Source: a bacterium
GTDB taxonomy: Bacteria > Patescibacteriota > Minisyncoccia > Phycocordibacterales > PALSA-1337
Assembly: GCA_025355565.1 (NCBI GenBank)
Contig: JANXZK010000022.1
Location: 3,490-67,489 of the forward strand
Direction: 5' to 3'
Length of the DNA: 64,000 nt
Shown one piece after another: positions 18,053-27,132 of the stretch (positions are counted from its first letter, which is position 1; the number at the start of each line of letters is the position of its first letter). The notes under the pieces are model-generated. The model had not been told where the DNA came from. It did no database searches and saw only the letters and a program-made list of their open reading frames with translations. The position numbers and the translations under genes were made by a program.

Positions 18053-18475
18053 ATGATCACCGCCTCACTGAAAAACTACAGAATATCACCACGCAAGGTT
18101 CGCTTGGTTGCGAATATGATCCGAGGCAAGAGTGTTGTTCAAGCTGAGAATATTTTGACTGGCGCAGTCAAGAAAGCGACCAGTCCGCTCTCGGATCTAC
18201 TCGCCTCTGCTATAGCAAATGCGTCTCACAATCACAAGATCGAAAAAGACATGCTCTTTGTACAGGAGATACGTGTTGATCAAGGTTACGTCTTGAAGCG
18301 TAGTCGACCGATGGCACGTGGTTCAGCGTATCCTATAAAGAAGAGGACGAGCCATGTATCGATCACCCTTGCACCGATAGGGGAGAAAAAGATGAAGAAG
18401 TCCAAAAGTCATGAGACTTTAAAGACCATAAAGTCTGTAAAGTCGAAGGCAGACGAAACGTCTAAAGCTAAATAA
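18053..18475 (+). CDS. rplV: 50S ribosomal protein L22
   Basis: SPRKVRLVA and PMARG..IKKRTSH motifs; repeat-encoded basic tail. Confidence 0.97.
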   Translation: MITASLKNYRISPRKVRLVANMIRGKSVVQAENILTGAVKKATSPLSDLLASAIANASHNHKIEKDMLFVQEIRVDQGYVLKRSRPMARGSAYPIKKRTSHVSITLAPIGEKKMKKSKSHETLKTIKSVKSKADETSKAK

Positions 18476-18487
18476 CCAATTACTACA

Positions 18488-19165
18488 ATGTCCCACACCG
18501 TACATCCATACTCCCATAGACTAGGCATCATTCGCGATTGGAAGAGTCGCTGGTTTTTGGTGGACAAATCATATCGTACAGCTCTCAAGGGTGATCTCAT
18601 CATCCGTGAATTCCTACAGAAGGAGTTGCGCGCCAACTATGTCGGTGGATTGGACATCGAACGCAGTCAGAAAGTCTTCCGCGTGATCATCAAAACTTCA
18701 CGTCCAGGAATGTTGATAGGCAAGTCCGGAGATGGAGTCGTGAGATTGCGCGAGAAGATATTGAAACTCCTGCGTACGAACGATGTCGTCGTCGCCGGTC
18801 AGGAACTGAAAGTCGACATCGAGGAAGTCAGGAGCCCTGAGTCGAACGCCGCTATCACAGCTATGATGGTAGCAGAGTCTCTGGAGAAGCGTCTGCCATT
18901 CCGCCGTGTGATGAAATCTACGATCGAGAAAGTCATGGCCAACCGAGACGTGAAAGGTATCCGTATCCGTCTGGGAGGCCGTCTCGGTGGTGCGGAGATC
19001 GCTCGTACAGAGGAGCTCAAGAAAGGTCAGATCCCACTACAGACTCTGCGTGCCGATATCGACTTTGCTCGTGAGAAGGCTCATATGACCTATGGAGACA
19101 TCGGCATCAAAGTTTGGATATACAAGGGCGAGATATTCAAAAAAGATCAGGCAATCGCAAAATAG
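18488..19165 (+). CDS. rpsC: 30S ribosomal protein S3
   Basis: RPGMLIG, GRLGGAEIAR and PLQTLRADID motifs. Confidence 0.98.
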   Translation: MSHTVHPYSHRLGIIRDWKSRWFLVDKSYRTALKGDLIIREFLQKELRANYVGGLDIERSQKVFRVIIKTSRPGMLIGKSGDGVVRLREKILKLLRTNDVVVAGQELKVDIEEVRSPESNAAITAMMVAESLEKRLPFRRVMKSTIEKVMANRDVKGIRIRLGGRLGGAEIARTEELKKGQIPLQTLRADIDFAREKAHMTYGDIGIKVWIYKGEIFKKDQAIAK

Positions 19166-19212
19166 ACATCATATTCCATTTAGACTTTTCAATTTTACAT
19201 CGATTTACTACC

Positions 19213-19638
19213 ATGTTATTCCCAAAAAAAGTTAAACATCGCAAGTGGTTCACTATGCGTACGCATCCAGACAAGGAGATGTCACATTGTGATACTCGTG
19301 GTGTAAAGCTGGCTTTCGGTTCATATGGTTTGAAAGCCATGAAGTATTCGCGTATCACTTCAAACCAGATCGAAGCCGCTCGTAAAGTCATGGCACGTTA
19401 CGCGACCAAGTCAGGCAAAGTCTGGATCCGCATCTTCCCTGATCATCCTTTTACACAGAAGCCAGCCGAAGTGAAAATGGGAAAAGGGAAGGGTGATCCG
19501 ATAGGTTTTATCGCTGAAGTCAAGCCTGGCCGCATCATGTTCGAGATCGACGGTGTCGAGCAGAAGGTCGCCGCTGAGGCGCTACGAAAAGCTGGTACGA
19601 AATTACCAGTAAAGACGAAGGTGGTTGGGCGCGTGTAA
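19213..19638 (+). CDS. rplP: 50S ribosomal protein L16
   Basis: MLFPKKVKHRK start at ATG 19213; QIEAAR, WIRIFPD and MGKGKG motifs. Confidence 0.97.
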   Translation: MLFPKKVKHRKWFTMRTHPDKEMSHCDTRGVKLAFGSYGLKAMKYSRITSNQIEAARKVMARYATKSGKVWIRIFPDHPFTQKPAEVKMGKGKGDPIGFIAEVKPGRIMFEIDGVEQKVAAEALRKAGTKLPVKTKVVGRV

Positions 19639-19684
19639 TCGACTAATGACTCCGTAGACTTTAAAGACTTTTGACTCAAAAAAC

Positions 19685-19876
19685 ATGAAATTCAAAGAAA
19701 TAAAAAATAAGCCTGTCGCTGACCTAAATAGACTCCTTACGGAGAAGAAAGAGGCTCTTCGTGTGTTCAGATTCGGTTCCGCCGGTGCCAAAACCAAGAA
19801 CGTCAAGGAAGGTCGCGGAGTGAGAAAGGACATCGCGAGGATCATGACAGAGCTAGCAAATGTACATCGAGTATAG
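19685..19876 (+). CDS. rpmC: 50S ribosomal protein L29
   Basis: RKDIARIMT motif; operon position. Confidence 0.93.
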   Translation: MKFKEIKNKPVADLNRLLTEKKEALRVFRFGSAGAKTKNVKEGRGVRKDIARIMTELANVHRV

Positions 19877-19912
19877 ACAAATAGCAGAAAGTAAAGTAGT
19901 ATCTAACACCAC

Positions 19913-20170
19913 ATGACGAAGTCACAGACAACTGAAACCAAGCCAAAACGCCAGATATTTTCAGGTGCTGTTGTTTCTGACAAGATGAAGGATACATGTG
20001 TCGTCGTTGTGGAGAGATTTGAGAAGCATAAAAAATATCACAAGTTCATGACCAAGAGGACGAGAATCCTCGCTCACGATCCGGGTAATACAAAGAAGAT
20101 CGGTGATAAGGCGACAGTCGAGGCTTGTCGACCGATATCAAAGAAGAAAGCATTTAGAGTCATCGCATAA
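19913..20170 (+). CDS. rpsQ: 30S ribosomal protein S17
   Basis: VVSDKMKDT, AHD and CRPISKKK motifs. Confidence 0.97.
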   Translation: MTKSQTTETKPKRQIFSGAVVSDKMKDTCVVVVERFEKHKKYHKFMTKRTRILAHDPGNTKKIGDKATVEACRPISKKKAFRVIA

Positions 20171-20189
20171 CTTTTCATTTTAAACCATC

Positions 20190-20561
20190 ATGATCCAACC
20201 ACGTACGATAGTCAAAATAGCTGATAATTCCGGAGCAAAGATCGGACGCATCTTCAAGGTGCTCGGCGCGACCAGGAAGCGTTATGCGGAGTTGGGCGAA
20301 GTCGTCGTTCTATCTGTCCAAAAAGCAGAGCCTCGAAAAGCGATCAAGAAGAAAGATGTCTTGCATGCCGTTGTCGTCCGACAGGTCAAGCCTACACGTC
20401 GCAGAGATGGTTCATACATCCGTTTCGATGAGAATGCAGTCGTCATCATCGAGAAAGACAAGAAAGAGCCTATCGCGGGACGCGTCTTTGGTCCTATCCC
20501 TCGCGAGATAGTCGAGGCTGGTTATAAGACGATCGCTTCAAAAGCGGCTGAGATAGTATAA
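20190..20561 (+). CDS. rplN: 50S ribosomal protein L14
   Basis: ADNSGAK, DGSYIRFDENA and RVFGPI motifs. Confidence 0.98.
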   Translation: MIQPRTIVKIADNSGAKIGRIFKVLGATRKRYAELGEVVVLSVQKAEPRKAIKKKDVLHAVVVRQVKPTRRRDGSYIRFDENAVVIIEKDKKEPIAGRVFGPIPREIVEAGYKTIASKAAEIV

Positions 20562-20566
20562 ATACC

Positions 20567-20785
20567 ATGAAAATAAAAAAAGGAGACACAATCAAGATGC
20601 TTTCAGGTGATGACAAAGGTAAGACGGGTAAAGTCGTCAAAGCTTTTCCGAGCATTAACAAGATCGTCGTCGAAGGCGTGAATACGGTAAAGAAGCATGA
20701 ACGAGCTCGCAAAGAGGGTCAGAAAGGTCAGACTGTGGAGATCGCGATGCCGTTCGATGCTAGCAAAGCAGTGAAGATTGCGTAA
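20567..20785 (+). CDS. rplX: 50S ribosomal protein L24 (short form)
   Basis: KOW motif IKKGD...GDDKGKTG and VVEGVN. Confidence 0.95.
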   Translation: MKIKKGDTIKMLSGDDKGKTGKVVKAFPSINKIVVEGVNTVKKHERARKEGQKGQTVEIAMPFDASKAVKIA

Positions 20786-20831
20786 ACAACATTTTCCATT
20801 TTGATTTTTCATTTTATATCGATAAACTACC

Positions 20832-21371
20832 ATGTCATACAGATCAGTATACGAATTGAATAAGGACTCATTCAAAGCTCTCAAGGTCTCTTTGAGTCTA
20901 GAGAATCCGATGCAAGCCCCTCGATTGGTCAAGGTGGTTATTTCCAGCGGTTTCGGTTCTATCAAAGACAAAAAGAAGATCGAGATCATGGCTGATAGAC
21001 TCGCGCGCATCACTGGTCAGAAACCTGCCATTCGCGCCACGAAGAAAGCTATCGCCACATTCAAAACTCGCGTTGGTGACCCTATCGGATATCAGATCAC
21101 TCTTCGCGGCAAGCGCATGTGTGAGTTTCTCGATCGACTGATCCACATCTCTCTCCCTCGCACAAAGGACTTTCGTGGTCTCGCGCGAACATCTGTCGAT
21201 GTGATGGGAAATTATACGATGGGTATAAAGGAACACACTATCTTTGCGGAGACATCAGATGAAGATTTGAAGGATGTTTTCGGTTTTGCTATCACTATCG
21301 TTACGACATCTAGTGACAAAAAGTCTACTCTGGCTTTTCTAGAATACCTCGGCTTGCCTCTAAAGAAATAA
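20832..21371 (+). CDS. rplE: 50S ribosomal protein L5
   Basis: ITGQKP, TLRG, LPRTKDFRG and GNYTMGIKEH motifs. Confidence 0.97.
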   Translation: MSYRSVYELNKDSFKALKVSLSLENPMQAPRLVKVVISSGFGSIKDKKKIEIMADRLARITGQKPAIRATKKAIATFKTRVGDPIGYQITLRGKRMCEFLDRLIHISLPRTKDFRGLARTSVDVMGNYTMGIKEHTIFAETSDEDLKDVFGFAITIVTTSSDKKSTLAFLEYLGLPLKK

Positions 21372-21410
21372 GAAGATTTTCAAAGATTTTCCTGCTAGAT
21401 TTTCTAGCTA

Positions 21411-21439
21411 TTGACTTTGTAGTGGGCTTGTGATATACT
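21411..21439 (+). promoter_or_regulatory. sigma70 promoter of small ORFan
   Basis: TTGACT-N17-TATACT with extended -10 TG. Confidence 0.7.
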
Positions 21440-21495
21440 GGTATATAGTTCCTCATCCGATGTCTCGTAGAAAACCTTAAGAAGAAAGGAATAGC

Positions 21496-21693
21496 ATGAA
21501 TCGTCGGAGAAATCGGTTTGACAGGGCAATGGATGACTCGTCGACATCAAGGGTGATGTTCGGCGCTATGTCAGTGATTCTAGCCATCGGGGCGTTGAGG
21601 ACATTACTCTACGCTGGTGGCATGGCACTGACACACCATTGGTACGACGCACCATTTCGGTGGTGCGTAAAGATACTGATGACGAGCCAATAA
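21496..21693 (+). CDS. small hypothetical membrane peptide
   Basis: Own promoter, SD AAGAAAGGA, central hydrophobic stretch and own terminator. Confidence 0.55.
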   Translation: MNRRRNRFDRAMDDSSTSRVMFGAMSVILAIGALRTLLYAGGMALTHHWYDAPFRWCVKILMTSQ

Positions 21694-21710
21694 GTCCGTC
21701 GCAATGTCGA

Positions 21711-21740
21711 GAGGGCCCGCTTAACACACGGGCCTTTTTT
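21711..21740 (+). terminator. intrinsic terminator
   Basis: ggcccg ... cgggcc stem followed by T6. Confidence 0.75.
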
Positions 21741-21835
21741 ATGATTGAAATATATCTACTTCGTTTCCACAAGTCCTCATTTGGCGCTATAATCACTAAG
21801 CGTTATAGTGAGTGTCGTATTGTTTTTGCGATATT

Positions 21836-21917
21836 GGGCACGTGGCGTAATTGGTAGCCGCGCACGCTTCAGGAGCGTGTGGAGTAATCCATGGAGGTTC
21901 GAATCCTCTCGTGCCCA
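21836..21917 (+). tRNA. tRNA-Leu(CAG)
   Basis: Acceptor gggcacg/cgtgccc, anticodon arm cacgc-TTCAGGA-gcgtg, long variable arm, GTTCGAATC T-loop. CCA is not encoded. Confidence 0.95.
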
Positions 21918-22088
21918 CAATGAGATCATCTTCTTTATTTGACCAACCTCATTCTTCTTTTGCATTTCAAGCTCGATTTTGCTAATGTATAAGCACTGAT
22001 TTGAGGTATCAGCTCTGATCCAACTCCAAAGTTAGTTACCTCCGATCGGTCGTTGAAATAGGATCGTGATAATAATGAGAGTTAGAAT

Positions 22089-22164
22089 GCGCGCGTAGCT
22101 CAGTTGGTAGAGCACGCCACTGATACTGGCGGGGTCCCAGGTTCGAATCCTGGCGCGCGCACCA
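22089..22164 (+). tRNA. tRNA-Ile(GAT)
   Basis: Acceptor gcgcgcg/cgcgcgc, anticodon arm cgcca-CTGATAC-tggcg, GTTCGAATC T-loop, encoded CCA. Confidence 0.93.
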
Positions 22165-22260
22165 ATGATTTTTATGAATATAGAAACAACATTTATATTT
22201 TTTTAACGATAATGTTAAATTAATGTTGATATTTTTTCTCAGATTTGAGAAAATAAGCTA

Positions 22261-22506
22261 ATGAAAAAGAATTTTAATAAATGGAATGGCAAAAAGATCA
22301 TTGATGAAGTGTGTTGGGCTATTCCACTCTCAAAAACCAAAAAACGAGGAAAATATTATTTTGCGTTTCCATTTGATGAGAGCACGACAAGTGTAGCTAT
22401 ATTGTCACAAATCAAACCAATAGATGCCCACCGCTTGAGTAGGAAAATCGGCGATATGAGTGAGGAAAACTTCAAGACTGTAATAGAAAAACTCAAACAA
22501 AATTAG
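22261..22506 (+). pseudogene. PemK/MazF-like toxin remnant with internal deletion
   Basis: Retains WAIPLS, AILSQIKPIDAHRL..KIG and the final helix, but lacks the N-terminal G.EQ...RP catalytic segment. No antitoxin gene is adjacent. Confidence 0.65.
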
Positions 22507-22570
22507 TATTGTATCTCGAACATATTATAAGTTAATTCCGTCCTAATATCGCCCAAACGGCGAGCACAAA

Positions 22571-23143
22571 ATGTCCTTTACCTTCATAAAAGAAGCATTA
22601 AAGAGATTCAAGACTCAAGGAGCTCTGTTTCCTAGCAGTAGATCATTGAGTAAATGGATGCTAAAGCCAGTCAGACTCGTTCCTGGTGATGTCGTGGTCG
22701 AGCTAGGCGCGGGGACGGGAGTATTTACGAAAGAGATCATCGCCAATATGTGCGTTGATTCGAAACTGGTAGTCTTTGAAAACAATACAGCCTTGGCGAG
22801 ACTCCTACGTGACGATCTGCGTAAAAGCGTGGATGAGGGCAATGTCATCTTGATCGAGGATGACGCGGTGAATTTTCCGGCAATTTTGGAGAAGATGGGC
22901 ATCCCAAAGGCAAATTATGTCATATCAGGTTTACCGCTTGGAAGTTTCGACAGAGCTTTTCGTCAACAGATATTTAATGCTATAAAATCAGGGATGAAAG
23001 ACGACGGTGTCTATGTGCAATTCCAATACGTTCTGGCCAGCTGGCCTCATGTTCGCAGAGAATTCGATGCCAAAATTATAGGTTTTGAAATGAGAAATTT
23101 GCCTCCGGCGTTTATTTATAAATGTACGAAGAAAATGGGTTGA
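22571..23143 (+). CDS. class I SAM methyltransferase, phospholipid N-methyltransferase (PmtA/COG3963)-like
   Basis: GALFPSS, VVELGAGTGVFT, VISGLP, FQY and NLPPAFIY motifs. Confidence 0.82.
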   Translation: MSFTFIKEALKRFKTQGALFPSSRSLSKWMLKPVRLVPGDVVVELGAGTGVFTKEIIANMCVDSKLVVFENNTALARLLRDDLRKSVDEGNVILIEDDAVNFPAILEKMGIPKANYVISGLPLGSFDRAFRQQIFNAIKSGMKDDGVYVQFQYVLASWPHVRREFDAKIIGFEMRNLPPAFIYKCTKKMG

Positions 23144-23222
23144 ATAGTGAATAATTATGTAACCCCCGAGTTCAATAATTCATTGATTTTGAAATGAGGG
23201 CATTTTGTAGTAAAATATTCGC

Positions 23223-24197
23223 ATGAATACAAATACTCACACGAGTCCCAAGGATTTTTTTCTTCATTTGGGTGCGACGATAGCATTGTATGCATCGGTC
23301 ATCGCACTTATCAATCTGGCTTTTGAAGTGGTAAATAGGGTGCTACCGGATGCGTTGCAATACTATTTTAACGTTAGTTCTATCGCGTGGCCTATCTCGA
23401 TGCTGATCGTCCTTGTCCCGATATTGTTCGTATTGGAGAGATCGATAGGTCGCGACATCATGAAACTACCTGAAAAGAAGGATCTGTGGATCAGGAGATG
23501 GCGAATATATCTGACTCTATTCTCGACGGGAGTGACGATCGCTGTAGATGTGATCATCCTAATAAATACATATCTGAATGGTGAGATCAGCACTCGATTC
23601 ATTTCTAAAGTCTTGGTCGTTCTCATAATATCTGCTATAGTATTCGCATACTATATCCTCGCGAAGGATCGATCTACTAGAAATATAGCCAAAGATCTAT
23701 TGGCTATAGTCGGCATCATCCTAGTCTTGACTGGGATAGTGGCAGGATTTATCATAGTCGGTTCACCAAGCAAGCAGAGAGCGATCAGATTTGATGAACA
23801 GAGAATGATTGACTTGAACAGTCTCGGATGGCAGATCACCAGCTATTGGCAGAAGACGGGTACACTGCCGGCATCACTCCAGGCTTTGAATGATCCGATC
23901 TCTGGCTACATAGTGCCGATGGATCCAGAAACGTCCAAACCATACGAATACTCGGTGAATAAAACGTCTTCAAAGAGCCCGTGGACATTTGACCTTTGCG
24001 CGACATTCAAGCTCTCATCATATGGCGACGGTGCCACATTTGCTGGTGGTAGCCTGGACTCCCAGCCATTAAAACCGACCAGTCGTCCTATAGGTGGTGG
24101 AAATCTGGGAGAGACATGGGCACACACAGCTGGGTACAATTGCTTTGAGAGGTTGATAGATCCGAAATTGTACCCACCTGGGAACAGTAAACAGTAA
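23223..24197 (+). CDS. multi-TM membrane protein (DUF5671-like) with pilin-like C-terminal domain
   Basis: PKDFFLHL start, five TM helices, then GSP..QR..RFD..R..DL and DPET..PYEY...FDLCATF. Confidence 0.7.
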   Translation: MNTNTHTSPKDFFLHLGATIALYASVIALINLAFEVVNRVLPDALQYYFNVSSIAWPISMLIVLVPILFVLERSIGRDIMKLPEKKDLWIRRWRIYLTLFSTGVTIAVDVIILINTYLNGEISTRFISKVLVVLIISAIVFAYYILAKDRSTRNIAKDLLAIVGIILVLTGIVAGFIIVGSPSKQRAIRFDEQRMIDLNSLGWQITSYWQKTGTLPASLQALNDPISGYIVPMDPETSKPYEYSVNKTSSKSPWTFDLCATFKLSSYGDGATFAGGSLDSQPLKPTSRPIGGGNLGETWAHTAGYNCFERLIDPKLYPPGNSKQ

Positions 24198-24259
24198 ACA
24201 GAGAACAGCAAAAACCGCTAATCTCTCCGTTCACTGTTCATTGATTACTGTTTACTGAT
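24183..24259. repeat. inverted arms of 7-nt tandem repeats
   Basis: aacagta aacagta aacagag aacagca ... cactgtt cattgat tactgtt tactgat. Confidence 0.8.
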
Positions 24260-24288
24260 TATAAATACCCTAACTTATACTTAAATCT

Positions 24289-25704
24289 ATGAATCTAGGA
24301 AAGAAAACAAAGATCGTCTGCACTATCGGTCCCGTGACAAGATCGCCAGAGATGTTAAAGAAGCTCATGAATGCTGGTATGAATGTGATGCGTTTGAACT
24401 TTTCGCACGGAGATTTTGCTGATCATCAGGACAAGCTCGATTCTATGCGCAAGATCATGGCTGACACAGGTAAGATCGTCGCCATCCTTCAGGATCTTTC
24501 TGGTCCAAAGATTCGCATCGGCAAATTCAAGGACGGTAAGATCTTACTGAAGAAAGATCAAACATTTATCTTGACCACGGATGATTGCGTCGGCGATGAG
24601 AATAGGGTTTTCGTCAATTATGCGAGTCTTCCGAAGGAGGTGAAGATCGGTGGCACGATCATGCTCCAAGATGGTACGAAGAGATTGGAGATCATAGAAG
24701 TCAAAGGCAATGATATCGTGACGACTGTGAAAGTTGGCGGTACCCTAGGAGATCATCGAGGCGTGAATGTTCCAGGGGCCAGTTTATCGATAAGCTCGCT
24801 TACGGAAAAAGACCGTGCTGATCTCGAGTTTGGGATCAGAAACAAGGTTGATTATGTGGCGCTCTCATTCGTTCGTCGCGCGGAGGATATAATAGAATTA
24901 CGCTCGATTCTGGAAAAGGCTGGATCAAATGCTCACATCATCGCCAAGATAGAGACGCCTGAAGCTTTGAACAATATAGACGCTATCTTGGATGTATCTG
25001 ATGGTATCATGATTGCCCGCGGTGACCTGGCGATCGAGATTCCGGCGGAGGAAGTTCCATTGGTTCAGAAAATGATCATTCATAAATGTAATTCTGTCGG
25101 AAAGCCGGTTATTACCGCGACTCAAATGTTGGAGTCTATGCTCGAAAGTCCTGTTCCTACTCGCGCTGAAGTGTCGGACATCGCGAACGCCATCATAGAC
25201 GGTACTGACGCCATCATGCTTTCAGAAGAAACGACTCTCGGAAAATTTCCAGTTGAAGCAGTAGAGATCATGACCCGCGTGGCTACTCGCGTCGAGAAAG
25301 AAGTTTACACTCGAGATACGATCGCCGAGTATAACGAATCTCACGGAGTGACTGATGTCGTATCACAATCAGCTGTTCGCATGGCACATGCGTTGAATGC
25401 CAAGCTCATCGTCGCCCTCACGCGATCTGGACGCACTGCGCGTATGATCGCCCGCTATAGGCCAGCGGAATCGATCCTAGCTCTCTCCGATGCTGATCAA
25501 AATACAAACAAGATGGTCCTTACCTTCGGATGTTTTCCTATGGTTTCACCGACGTTCAAGTCCGCGGATGAGATCATGGACATCGTGCGCCAGGTGACAT
25601 TGGACAAGAAATTGGTCAAGAAAGGGGATAAGGTCATCATCGTTGCGGGAATTCCGCTCGGACATTCGAGTGAGACGAATGTTGTCTTGGTGGAGACGCT
25701 GTGA
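24289..25704 (+). CDS. pyk: pyruvate kinase
   Basis: KTKIVCTIGP, RLNFSHG, IIAKIE, MIARGDL and ATQMLESM motifs. Confidence 0.98.
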   Translation: MNLGKKTKIVCTIGPVTRSPEMLKKLMNAGMNVMRLNFSHGDFADHQDKLDSMRKIMADTGKIVAILQDLSGPKIRIGKFKDGKILLKKDQTFILTTDDCVGDENRVFVNYASLPKEVKIGGTIMLQDGTKRLEIIEVKGNDIVTTVKVGGTLGDHRGVNVPGASLSISSLTEKDRADLEFGIRNKVDYVALSFVRRAEDIIELRSILEKAGSNAHIIAKIETPEALNNIDAILDVSDGIMIARGDLAIEIPAEEVPLVQKMIIHKCNSVGKPVITATQMLESMLESPVPTRAEVSDIANAIIDGTDAIMLSEETTLGKFPVEAVEIMTRVATRVEKEVYTRDTIAEYNESHGVTDVVSQSAVRMAHALNAKLIVALTRSGRTARMIARYRPAESILALSDADQNTNKMVLTFGCFPMVSPTFKSADEIMDIVRQVTLDKKLVKKGDKVIIVAGIPLGHSSETNVVLVETL

Positions 25705-25787
25705 GGATGATGGATATCTGATGTGCGATGATCGAGTCATGTTGAAAATCTGCTCGCAAAATTCTGAGATTCATATATACTTATGGT

Positions 25788-26519
25788 ATGCAAAGATCTG
25801 CATACAAAATAGTGGACAATTCGATGTTCCTTGATCGGTCCTTTGATCGTGATTACATACTCACGATACATGATCTCGCGAGTGAGGAAAAGCCTCGTCA
25901 GAGACTCATGTCAGTTGGACCACAGTCGCTCACCATGCGTGAGCTCGTGGCTGTGGTGCTAAACACTGGTTCGACCAAGGAAGACGTTATCGAGATGTCC
26001 AATCGGATCATGAAGGAATATGGGGAAAAGACCATATTGGCCGAAACAAATCCGACGCGCTTATCGAGCGATCTAGATATCCCTATCGGCAAAGCCTGCG
26101 TCATTGTTGCGGTGGGAGAAATAGCGCGAAGGTATGGTGATAAAAACCAATCGGGTTTTGTGACTATACGTAATGCTCGAGACGTATTCGATCATTTGCA
26201 AGATATGAGGAATCTACCAAAAGAACATCTACGAGGATTGTTCCTGAACAGTCACAGCAAGATCATACGGGATGAGGTGATATCTATAGGTACAGTCAAT
26301 TCCAACATTATCCATCCACGAGAAGTATTCCGCGCTGGTATCGAGTGTAATGCGGCGGCAATAGTATTGGCGCACAACCATCCATCAGGCGAGATCACTC
26401 CTAGTGACGAAGATGTCGAGATAACCAAACAACTAGTCCAGGCGGGGAAGATCTTGGGTATCTCAGTCCTCGATCATGTCATCATCACAAAAGATAGGTT
26501 TGTAAGCATTATTCAATAG
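25788..26519 (+). CDS. radC: RadC/JAB-domain protein
   Basis: EKPR, HPREVF, HNHPSG..PS.ED and LDHVII motifs. Confidence 0.93.
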   Translation: MQRSAYKIVDNSMFLDRSFDRDYILTIHDLASEEKPRQRLMSVGPQSLTMRELVAVVLNTGSTKEDVIEMSNRIMKEYGEKTILAETNPTRLSSDLDIPIGKACVIVAVGEIARRYGDKNQSGFVTIRNARDVFDHLQDMRNLPKEHLRGLFLNSHSKIIRDEVISIGTVNSNIIHPREVFRAGIECNAAAIVLAHNHPSGEITPSDEDVEITKQLVQAGKILGISVLDHVIITKDRFVSIIQ

Positions 26520-26600
26520 TCCATAGAGTCGCAAAGTTCGTATAGTTCATAAAGTCGATTTGTCGACTTTATAAAATCTGAACTTTCAGACTTTTGACTA
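26516..26600. repeat. inverted arms of ~9-nt tandem repeats (AAAGTCnnn / GACTTT)
   Basis: Central perfect 10-bp inverted repeat ataaagtcga/tcgactttat flanked by degenerate copies. Confidence 0.7.
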
Positions 26601-26606
26601 AAATCT

Positions 26607-27014
26607 ATGCGAGATTATCAAATAGCCTCACCTTCGCTCGAAGGTGTATTGAATCACGATTCATTGTTGTACGATGGGATAAAGAGACCGATGGAGATAT
26701 TGCGGATATTGGACGGTCCATCGTCAAAGGGTAGGGAATCAGCGGCGAGGAGTAAGAAACGAGAAGTGCTCGGTAAAGATGATGGTGAGATTCGGGTTGT
26801 CGGACCTGGTAGGCGCAAAATTGGAAAAAATGCATTACTTAGCGAGACAGATTTCAAGGTATTACAAGAATATTTCTACGATCTCTATGGCGTATTTATG
26901 AAGAGGCTGTCGCATTTCTTGGTCGAGGCGGACGTATCCAGCGACGACAGTATAAAGCTCCAAGCAATGTTGCAAGAAATGATCAGAGTTAGGAATTGGA
27001 TCATGGGGAAGTAA
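26607..27014 (+). CDS. hypothetical protein
   Basis: 135-aa ORF filling the gap; no motif recognised. Confidence 0.5.
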   Translation: MRDYQIASPSLEGVLNHDSLLYDGIKRPMEILRILDGPSSKGRESAARSKKREVLGKDDGEIRVVGPGRRKIGKNALLSETDFKVLQEYFYDLYGVFMKRLSHFLVEADVSSDDSIKLQAMLQEMIRVRNWIMGK

Positions 27015-27132
27015 GTGCTGATATGTCGGAAAACTGATAGAGTCGTGGAGATCGCTTGAATGTTGTTTGAAGGCTACTTGTCTTGAAGGCTACTTTGCAG
27101 ATGCGTCATTTTCCATGTAAACTGTAGGTATC

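Noticed and set aside
19114-19212. N-terminal extension of L16 in the ORF track
   Set aside because: It overlaps rpsC and a repeat tract; the conserved start is MLFPKK at 19213.
21917-22260. att sites or an integrated island at the tRNAs
   Set aside because: No duplicated tRNA 3' end was noticed downstream and there is no integrase.
25788-26519. radC as a marker of a mobile element
   Set aside because: It is the full-length chromosomal type between housekeeping genes, with no mobility genes.
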